A DNA stretch of 63,983 nt, counting the filler, from Olpidium bornovanus S191 (lineage: Eukaryota; Fungi; Olpidiomycota), in NCBI GenBank assembly GCA_017911155.1. It is 27 parts of 27 records of this genome, joined end to end, with 100 filler letters (N's around TTAATTAATTAA, not from the genome) between each part and the next. Parts side by side here need not be neighbours in the genome. Positions count along the whole stretch, not along the records: positions 23,600 to 24,954 come from JAEFCI010006761.1; positions 25,055 to 28,204 come from JAEFCI010006073.1; positions 28,305 to 30,258 come from JAEFCI010003299.1; positions 30,359 to 31,556 come from JAEFCI010006493.1; positions 31,657 to 35,439 come from JAEFCI010010471.1; 22 more parts are not named here. The stretch is one strand, 5' to 3'. The notes below the pieces were generated by a model. It made no database searches. It had not been told where the DNA came from and saw only the letters and a program-made list of their open reading frames with translations. Both the position numbers and the translations under genes were made by a program. Numbering within the stretch: position 1 is the first letter of the stretch; each line of letters opens with the position of its first letter. Shown here piece after piece: positions 23,600 through 31,702 of this stretch.

Positions 23600-24849
23600 A
23601 GGCACAAAAGGACGCAAGCGGCCGCCACGACGAGCGTCCTGGTGATCAAAAGCGCCTCGCCGCTGGTAGTGGCCGAGGAGGAGAAGGCCACGGGCGCCGG
23701 CGCGACCACGTAATCATGGATGCCCGAGCCGGGGGTTGACCTGACGGTGTAACCCAGGGCGTCCATGACCTTGAGCAGCTTGGGGCCGATCGGCCCGAAC
23801 GGGTTTTTCGAAGCACACTTGTGGACAACGTCCTGGAGGGTGCTGCCGGGCTCGAGCGCGAAACGCATGAGGAAATCGGCAGTGTTCGCCGACGTGGCTG
23901 CGGACGCGTGCGACACGGACGACCCTGCCTTGTAGGGTATAATCGACGTCTCGAGGACGACGGCGTCCTTGCCCCCGGGCAGCGCGAACACAAGCGAGTC
24001 GGAGGTTTGCGCCAACATGAACAGGCGCTGCGACTCGGCCAGCCCGGACCCGTGCAGCGCGTCCCGCACGACCGAAGCCGAGGCGGCTTTCGGGTCGACG
24101 GCGCCGGGCAGGGCTTTGGAGCCGCCAACCGCTTTTTCGCCCAGCGAGGTCCGGATGGTCCGGGCGTCCTTTGAGAGCGTCGTGTTTTTAGCTGCGTCGA
24201 CTACGAAACGGTCGAAGGCAAACTCCCTGAACTCGCCCAAGGCAAACCCGGCGTCTGTCGCGTTCGGTTTCCCTTGCGGCAGTGGCGTCAGGACGCCGAG
24301 GTTGAAGTAGTCGCGCCACGAACTAGCGAACCCCAACCCGTGAAACATTTCGTGTAGAACTTGCCCAAACCGGTGAAAGTCAGCCGCGCGAACGTCCCGC
24401 CGCACATCCCCGCCCGCAGAAAAGTGTTACACACCGACATATGTAAAGTCATGCTGGCTGGCGTTTATTGGCCCGTCACCCTGAACGGACAATGTAACCG
24501 CCGGTTTGCGATTAGCAAAGATGCGTAACGAACAGAAGTTCACTTATCCGCCACATACCAGAAACCAGAAATTAGCGTCCGAGTTAAACTCTGCAAAAAT
24601 GTCGGCGCCCGCAAGATTTCCCATCGCAGGCTGCGTATAGAAGCGACCAGAATCGGATATAGCGACAGTCAACAGCCGCTCGCCACGTGAACCGTCACAG
24701 CGCTTGCCCTTCCCTTCTCCCTTTCCCAGAACTCACCATTATCTGCTTGACCAGAGATTGAGGGTACAGCCTGTTCTCCCCGTCTACGTCCTCCAGAAGG
24801 TGTAACCGCGTGGTGGTAGCACTTCCGAGAGTTTCAATCCGGTCGCCAC
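23600..24849 (-). CDS. Secreted/GPI-type zinc metalloprotease-like protein (HExxHGLGF), spliced, truncated
   Basis: Exons join to TLGSATTTRLHLLEDVDGENRLYPQSLVKQ / ADIFAEFNSDANFWFL / GDGPINASQHDFTYV / VLHEMFHGLGFASSW...LETSIIPYKAGSSVSH...DFLMRF...GPIGPKLLKVMDALGY. The protein ends in a Ser/Thr/Ala spacer and a hydrophobic tail. Confidence 0.8.
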
Positions 24850-25055
24850 CTAGCGACCGGAAATGTGCGTCCACGACGACCGGTCGATGGAAGGACAATG
24901 CCGAGCTGATAATAGACCCCGCCCGCTCGAAGCCCGCCTTGGCCTTCGCGCATGNNNNNNNNNNNNNNNNNNNNNNNNNNNNNNNNNNNNNNNNNNNNTT
25001 AATTAATTAANNNNNNNNNNNNNNNNNNNNNNNNNNNNNNNNNNNNNNNNNNNNC

Positions 25056-25166
25056 ATGAAGCTCTGCGAGCAGGAGAAGAGGCTTGAGGTGAAAATCGAG
25101 TCCATCTTCGCCGGCCAAAGCCCGGCGTGGGCGAGGGCGGGACCGTCGCACCTCGGCGCCGTTTGA
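25056..25166 (+). CDS. C-terminal fragment of an unidentified protein
   Basis: MKLCEQEKRLEVKIESIFAGQSPAWARAGPSHLGAV* at the contig start, with GC3-rich codons and followed by poly-A-rich sequence. Family not recognised. Confidence 0.4.
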   Translation: MKLCEQEKRLEVKIESIFAGQSPAWARAGPSHLGAV

Positions 25167-25336
25167 GAGGGCGAGAAAAACTATTACGCCAAAAAAAAAT
25201 AAACGGCGGTTTTTTTCTTTTTGGTACCTCCGCGAATCCTTTTTTTCTTTTTGTCTCTTTCTTTTTCCATTCCGTTCTTTTCCGTTTTTGTGGTGATCGG
25301 TTTGGTTCCTTTCCGACCCGCCTCGCCCGGGGCTAA

Positions 25337-25448
<112 letters not shown>

Positions 25449-25457
25449 CCCCCGGGG

Positions 25458-25501
<44 letters not shown>

Positions 25502-25695
25502 AAAAAAGAAAGAAAAAAAGAAAAAAAATACAAACACGTTCTTGGATCTGGTGTCAGTCGGTATCTGCAGTAAGAAAATAAGAAGCAACTTGCAGCACAA
25601 CGGCATAACAAAGCTATTGAGCAGTGAGGAAGGCCGAGAATGTCAAACTTAGCCGGTTTCGCCAAACAGGAAGCCGTTGCCCAGGAAACACCACG

Positions 25696-25795
25696 TGGCG
25701 GTGTTCGACAAGCTTCCCTTTTTTTTTCTAACCTCGGAGAGGGATTGGCGGTGTTCGACAAGCTTCCCTTTTTTTTTCTAACCTCGGAGAGGGAT
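25696..25795. repeat. Perfect 50-bp tandem duplication
   Basis: TGGCGGTGTTCGACAAGCTTCCCTTTTTTTTTCTAACCTCGGAGAGGGAT occurs at 25696 and 25746. Confidence 0.92.
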
Positions 25796-27416
25796 TAAAA
25801 AAACAACAAAATACAAACCAAGAGTAACGCGGTGTGGATCAGCCAAACGATATAACAAAGTAACGGACAGTATTACTCGCGGGAATACCCCGCTCCCAGA
25901 CCTGCACCACCTGGACGCAATTCACCTCTCGAGTAACAGAGTTCCAGGGCCGCCACTTGGGGATAGAGGGCTTTGCGGGCGGTCAAGAGTGCAAAAGGGC
26001 GTTCGCAAAGCCACGCGCTGGAAGCCGGCTGGAGCCGTTCGCCGGACGAGTCCGGCAAGACAAAAATTTGGCGGTAGAGTACAAAAAAAAGGCATACCAA
26101 CGACACGCAGAGTCGGGCCGTCCGCTGCCCTCGAGAAGTCTCCAAAGCCGTGTACGCTGAACCCCCCCCCCCCCCCCCCCCCGCCCTTTCCACCCTTTTT
26201 TTTTTCCGACCTCCCCTCCCCCTGACACGCGTGATTTTTAGGTTACGGTCGTGTGCGGCGGAACAGATTTCTTTTTTGTTGTTGTTGTTGTTGTTGTCGT
26301 CGGCGAAGGAAGCTCCGTCGCGCCCGGGCGAACTCCCGTGTCGAGCTCGACCTGCCGCGCGTGGCTGCGGGTCGTTTCCCGTTGAGAAAAGGGCCCTGCG
26401 TCGGGAACAGCGAAAACCGTAACGGCCTGCGTGAAACCAGAACGCAAAGACGGCCCCGTGAGAGGCCGCCGGCTGCAGAGGCGATCGTGGCAGTCACGGG
26501 GGGCGTGAGCGGTGAGGTCGGCTGTTGTGAAGAAAAGGGGAAACGAGCAGACGCTCGAATTGGGGGGGGGGGGATCAAAGAGGGCCGCGGGCACGTCGGG
26601 GGGTGCTTCGCGTAGGGAAGGGAGGACGGAGAGGGGGGGGGGAGGGAAAGGGAAAGTGAAGCCGTTTTCCCTAGCGGCGCGTCATCTGCTCTTCTGCTTG
26701 TTGCGGGGCATTCCGTCTTGGAATTCTACGATTGGATCGTGGAAAACCCAACGACCTCCGCAAGCGCAAAACAAGGGCGCTCGCTGCGCCTCGGCAGCTC
26801 CTGCGTGAAGTCGGCAAACCAATCTTCCCGTGGCCTCTTGCTCCCCGCGGTTTGCACGCTCCTCGTCGTTGTTGGATAGAGCGCCGCGTGACGTGAAGTT
26901 TTGTACTTCGTGCCGGCCGCCCTGTTGCGTCTTACCTTTGCGCTTTTCATCGAAAACGCTTCCGAGCCTCTTGTCGGATCCCCTCAGCCACCGGGCGCAT
27001 CGAGCAAACGGTGACCCGAGTTTCGACCCGGCTTTCGGCGACGCCGAGTCGCCCCGACGGAAAGCACCGAGAGCCTGCGCCGGGGCTACAGGGCTTAAAC
27101 TACCGAGGCCGGGTTGATCAACCCCTGGGCACATCTCTAGATATAAGGACTTAAGCATGCGCAAAAGAAGCTCCCACCACACTTTCTAAAAAAATGGACG
27201 CGCGCAACAAAAAAAAAGCTCCCACAAAACCTCCTTCTGTGTTAAGGTTGCTTCATCGATAGTACAGTCCAGCAGTACAGGCGGTCACTCGCGTCTCTAT
27301 ATAGCGTGCTACTTTACAAAAGAAGGGCGTTATAGCGTTCTGTAAGACCGTAAGATGACAGTTCCCGGTTCGACAAGATTTCGACAATCCAGGCCCTCAT
27401 TCGCGGCATAAACCTT

Positions 27417-28088
27417 CTAAAATTCCTCGCGCCAACGGGGCGAGCACAGGCCACTAGCGACATTTCCTCTCTGCTCCAGGTTGATGGCCGACCCGAAACC
27501 TACAGACGTGCACACAAGGTGGGCCGCCTCACGAACGCAGGAATCGGTAGCGGTTTTGTCACGTTCGTGAACTCGGACACTGACCACGCGGTTGGGGTCG
27601 TCAACAGACCGCGGTTTGCGGATGACATTGATGTGCTGAACATCGCAAGCAAATCCGATGGGGTCGAAGGGATCGTTCGCCTTGCACCGGCCTTCCACGA
27701 AATTGCCCCTTTGGTAGATCTCGGTGACTCCATCAAAGCCCTTCGATTTGCACGCCAACCTGGCCGCAGCACGCCCGCAGGCTTGCCTAGCACTAAGGGT
27801 CTCTTCCCGAATAGTGAGTCTAATAGACAAGTCGGGGTCGTCTCTCCCATACGGTTCGCGGTAAACGTCGACGAGATTCTCATTGCAATCCGTCGCAAGG
27901 ACGTCAAAGCGCTTATCATGGCCAGCATGGCGGTTCTCATAGCCCGAACGGCGGTTCTCATAATCCGCACGGCGGTTCTCATAATCCGCACGGTGGATAT
28001 CGTAACCCGCATAGACGGTCTGAAGGGCAGCGAGGACGGCCAGCGAGGCGGCGACCAGCACCGAACGGAGGCTCAGCTTGACAGACAT
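27417..28088 (-). CDS. Small secreted cysteine-containing protein (223 aa), intronless, two tandem domains
   Basis: Clean ATG-to-TAG ORF. Hydrophobic signal peptide (MSVKLSLRSVLVAASLAVLAALQTVYAG), 7-aa repeats (RADYENR), a KR site, and two ~80-aa repeats each with 4 Cys at equivalent positions. Confidence 0.85.
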   Translation of the reverse strand: MSVKLSLRSVLVAASLAVLAALQTVYAGYDIHRADYENRRADYENRRSGYENRHAGHDKRFDVLATDCNENLVDVYREPYGRDDPDLSIRLTIREETLSARQACGRAAARLACKSKGFDGVTEIYQRGNFVEGRCKANDPFDPIGFACDVQHINVIRKPRSVDDPNRVVSVRVHERDKTATDSCVREAAHLVCTSVGFGSAINLEQRGNVASGLCSPRWREEF

Positions 28089-28092
28089 GACC

Positions 28093-28202
28093 GGCGATGG
28101 AAGTAAAAGAGCGCCGGATTTGCGTTACGAGCGAAAATGCGTGGTCACTGGCGATGGAAGTAAAAGAGCGCGGAATTGCGTTGCAAGCGAAAATGCGTGG
28201 TC
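28093..28202. repeat. ~57-bp tandem duplication immediately upstream of the secreted-protein start codon
   Basis: GGCGATGGAAGTAAAAGAGCGC...TTGCGTT(A/G)C(G/A)AGCGAAAATGCGTGGTC occurs at 28093 and 28150. Confidence 0.88.
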
Positions 28203-28453
28203 CGNNNNNNNNNNNNNNNNNNNNNNNNNNNNNNNNNNNNNNNNNNNNTTAATTAATTAANNNNNNNNNNNNNNNNNNNNNNNNNNNNNNNNNNNNNNNN
28301 NNNNACCGTCCGGCGTGGTCCGCACTCAAAAGATAGTCCCTTCGACAGAGTTTAGCAGACGGTTCCGCAAAGCCTCCAATCCAACAAAATGTTCAGAAAC
28401 GTGCGCAAGTCTGGGGAAACGCATGATGTCGTTTGCCTGCACGGCAGACAGCG

Positions 28454-28529
28454 TCAGATATTATCTACAACAAAAGGCTCCACACATATCTTCGGAGAAG
28501 TTTCCCAATTGCTTTATGTCGCCATTCTT
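28454..28529 (-). ncRNA. Box C/D snoRNA paralog 1 (degenerate, possible pseudogene), intronic
   Basis: Minus strand: ATGGCGA (decayed box C)...TTGGGAAACTTCT-CCGA...TAGATAATAT-CTGA. It lies in a predicted intron GTGAAT(28569)...TTTCCCCAG(28411). Confidence 0.6.
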
Positions 28530-29006
28530 ATGCAGTGATCACGCGCCGCCTCCAAATTACAACATTCACCCAGAATGACCGCCTGCTTCAAAAGGATTCT
28601 ATCCTGTTCCGTCCTTAGCTGTGTTCACACGCGCACCAGAGAAGTTCCGGCTTCCTTTGCTCCGCGTTGAAAGAACCGTCGTCGGGCCGTTTTAGAAAGA
28701 ACCCGCAGATGTTGCTCTCCCATACATTCGCGGTCAATCGCTTTCCGTAATTTGAAATTCAACTGTCCGAAGCAGAAACCTAACAGAAAAAGCGACGGCG
28801 TAAGAATCTTTATAGTTGCTGCCAACAGCAGCGTCTTTTCAACAGGCACACTTACGCAAAAACTTCAGACGTGCGCAAGACACTCTTCTACAGAACAACC
28901 GCCAATTCAAAGCAGATTGCAAGGTCTGAAGGGAGCACAAAAACACGACGTTAAGATCGTAATAAATCCGCGGCTTCGCTGGCTCCTCAATCATCAAAGC
29001 ACAATA

Positions 29007-29080
29007 TCAGATACTATCTATCAAAAAACCAGCTCCACATGAAATTTTCAGAGAGATTCCCAATATTTGGTCATCATTCC
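29007..29080 (-). ncRNA. Box C/D snoRNA paralog 2 (dual guide, SNORD79-like D' guide plus snR65-like D guide), intronic
   Basis: Minus strand: GCACAGGA-ATGATGA-CCAAATAT-TGGGAATCTCT-CTGA...GATAGATAGTAT-CTGA-TATTGTGC. Canonical boxes C, D' and D, a GCACA/TGTGC terminal stem, and guides complementary to LSU rRNA GAGAUUCCCA and UACUAUCUA. It lies in intron GTAAGT(29129)...CCCTTCAG(28926). Confidence 0.88.
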
Positions 29081-29276
29081 TGTGCAGCGCTGAGTCCCCT
29101 CCCCTCCACCTGCAACCCACGGACTTACTTCCAGTGACCTTGCCCTTGTGAATTGCTTGCGCAAGAAGCAATTGGTAAAACATCAGCGTATGGTGAGGCC
29201 TGTGAAGAACGTGCAGAATGACACAAAAATGAGCTTCTCGGGAGACCGTTCATGCCACTGTTCGAGCGCGGCAAGC

Positions 29277-29351
29277 TCAGATTTTATCTTATCAAAAATC
29301 TTCCACACGAAAGTTCGGAGAGATTCCCAATTGCATTGCGTCATCATTCTT
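29277..29351 (-). ncRNA. Box C/D snoRNA paralog 3 (D' guide intact, D guide decayed), intronic
   Basis: Minus strand: ATGATGA-CGCAATGCAAT-TGGGAATCTCT-CCGA...GATAAGATAAAAT-CTGA. It lies in intron GTCAGT(29390)...TTCTTCACAG(29200). Confidence 0.82.
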
Positions 29352-29668
29352 CGCCTATTACTCTGCAAACATTAAGCCACCTGGACTGACCTCAGGACGG
29401 AAAAAAAAATATGGCAACGTCGGCCACCAACCCGATGTTGCATCCCAGGCATCGAAATAGAATCCAAGTCGTCACACGCAGAGACAGGAGGCTGCTCTCC
29501 GTCAGGGTGTCTCCGCCGCGAAGCGGCCCTCCGGAGTGAAAGCCGTTCACCAAAAGTGCTCGAAATCAGTGGCAGTAACCCCTGGGTCTGCGAATACGAC
29601 GGCAAAACGCAAAAAAATAAGCCTCGGAAGGTCGGACTGTATCACGACGGCAACTTAATAGGCTAAAA

Positions 29669-29737
29669 TCAGATACTATCTATTATAAAGTTCCTCCACG
29701 ACGTTTCGGAGAGATTCCCAATTGCTTCGCATCATTT
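29669..29737 (-). ncRNA. Box C/D snoRNA paralog 4 (both guides intact, box C variant), intronic
   Basis: Minus strand: ATGATGC-GAAGCAAT-TGGGAATCTCT-CCGA...AATAGATAGTAT-CTGA, with a flanking TAGGTT/AGCCTA stem. It lies in intron GTAGGA(29778)...TATTCGCAG(29588). Confidence 0.8.
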
Positions 29738-30199
29738 CGAGCAAACCTAGGGCTTGACCTAGGGAACCACAATCCTACCTTTGGCAACGTCATCTGACAA
29801 TTTGACGGCGACCTAAAAGAAGCGACTGGTAAAGATTAGGGCGGACAGGAACTGTACTGGTTCGAAGACAAACAGCAGCGGTTGCTCAGCACTGACCGGA
29901 AAATTCAAGTTTCGTTTGTCCGGGGTTGGGGGGGGGGGAAGGGGTGTGAAGAAGGGCGCGAAGCACCTGGCAGGCACCTCGAGAGGGCGAGCGCGGGTGC
30001 CCGCAAGAGCGGAACCAGGCGCGGAGAACGACCGGCAGCCACAGTTGCTTGCGCGCGACTCCAGCGCCCCGACAAACCGGGCGTGTTACCGTGACGGGGC
30101 CCGGGAAGGCAGGGCAGACGTTCGCGGGAGGAGGGGCGCATTTTTGTTTACGGTTTGGAAAGTTTTCGGGGGAAGAAGTAGAGGGTGGGAAGGGCAGTA

Positions 30200-30242
<43 letters not shown>

Positions 30243-30372
30243 CCCCCGGCCGCCCAAGNNNNNNNNNNNNNNNNNNNNNNNNNNNNNNNNNNNNNNNNNN
30301 NNTTAATTAATTAANNNNNNNNNNNNNNNNNNNNNNNNNNNNNNNNNNNNNNNNNNNNCCCCTTTCACGCAG

Positions 30373-30560
30373 CTTTCATTCTTCCTCCCAGCTGCTACCT
30401 TAAGTTGGCCTCCGGATCGCTTCTCTCGTGGAAGAAATTTCGAGCCGTCTTGTGCATCGCGTTCGGCGTCTTCGTCATGGTCACGAGCACCGCGCTCTCG
30501 CTGTACCATTTCTACCACCGGCCGCCTGCGGAGGGCGACACTTGCGCGCACCGAGAGTAG
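30373..30560 (+). CDS. AVT2: Amino acid transporter (AVT2/SLC38-like), last exon
   Basis: After a CAG acceptor: FILPPSCYLKLASGSLLSWKKFRAVLCIAFGVFVMVTSTALSLYHFYHRPP...RE*. This matches the Aa_trans C-terminal ILPP.CYLKL motif followed by the final transmembrane helix. Confidence 0.72.
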
Positions 30561-31255
30561 GCGAAAGTCCCGCGTTCGAAGGCACCCCGTTCCCCCGCGC
30601 GCGTTCGGACGGACGACCGGCCGACCGACCCGCGACGTCACGAAGAGAGAATCTGCTCCAGTAACACTGCGAAATTCGCCGATCGCGTCAAAAAAGGGGG
30701 GGGGCAACCCCGTCAAGGCAGAGTATTTTAACGTTATCCCGGGTCCAACCGATGTACGGGGCAAACCGGGGGGGGGTCGTCCTTTGCACATCCTCTGGTT
30801 ACTGGCGCAGTCTCGGGATCTTTATTTGTATTGAGCAGTTTTCTTTATTCAAAGCCATAACGAAAAAGCCGAAAAGCCGGGACTGCGGGGGTGAAGGGCG
30901 GGGGGTTAGAGGGGGGTGTAAGTGTGCCGGATTTTATTCCTCACAACGGGGAGCCCCGCCCCTCCCCACCCCCAAGGTGAGAGGGGGAGGACGGGGGGGG
31001 GGGTTGTTTTTCCTTTTCGTCCGGCAACGAGACCGGCGCCCGGCGGCGAGGGTCGTCGTTTCCTGTTCGTTTCCGTCGGTAGTTGCTGTGGCGGTGGTGG
31101 TGATGCGGGGGGGGGGGGGGGGGGGGGGTCCGTTCCCATGCAAGCAGGGGCAGCACTTCGAGGATTTTTCTCGATTTTAGCGCTCACGTTCACGCGGCCC
31201 AAGCTCAGGAAAACGCCTTTCGGCTTCTTTTTTTTTTTTTAAGAAAAAAAAGGGG

Positions 31256-31287
<32 letters not shown>

Positions 31288-31440
31288 GCGTGACCAGTTT
31301 TACCCCGTACACCGCGCCGAAAACGTCCCGATCTTGATGCGACCGTTCGATTTTCCACGCCGGGCACAACGCCCGCGCGGAGGTCAAACCCGTTTCAGCG
31401 GGACGGCGTTTAACACCAGAGCAGGGTTTGTTTTTTGTCT

Positions 31441-31553
<113 letters not shown>

Positions 31554-31702
31554 AAANNNNNNNNNNNNNNNNNNNNNNNNNNNNNNNNNNNNNNNNNNNN
31601 TTAATTAATTAANNNNNNNNNNNNNNNNNNNNNNNNNNNNNNNNNNNNNNNNNNNNACGCGAAGCCGCCGGGGGGGGGGGGGGGGGGGGGGGTGGTCACC
31701 AG

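Larger units (their letters stand above)
28305..30200 (-). ncRNA. Putative non-protein-coding snoRNA host gene (multi-intron)
   Basis: At least 5 predicted GT-AG introns, four holding one snoRNA each, separated by short exons with no recognisable protein. The region is AT-richer than neighbouring coding DNA. Boundaries are approximate. Confidence 0.55.

Noticed and set aside
25873-27182. Scattered minus-strand exon-like pieces (VHGFGDFSRAADGPTLRVV; PSIPKWRPWNSVTREVNCVQVVQVWER)
   Set aside because: Splice sites are plausible, but I found no recognisable family or consistent gene model.
28454-29737. The four 75-bp repeats as a CRISPR array, coding repeat or centromere motif
   Set aside because: Spacing is irregular (270-550 nt), copies differ by frame-breaking indels, and there are no cas genes. 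Box C/D motifs, rRNA complementarity and intron placement explain them better.
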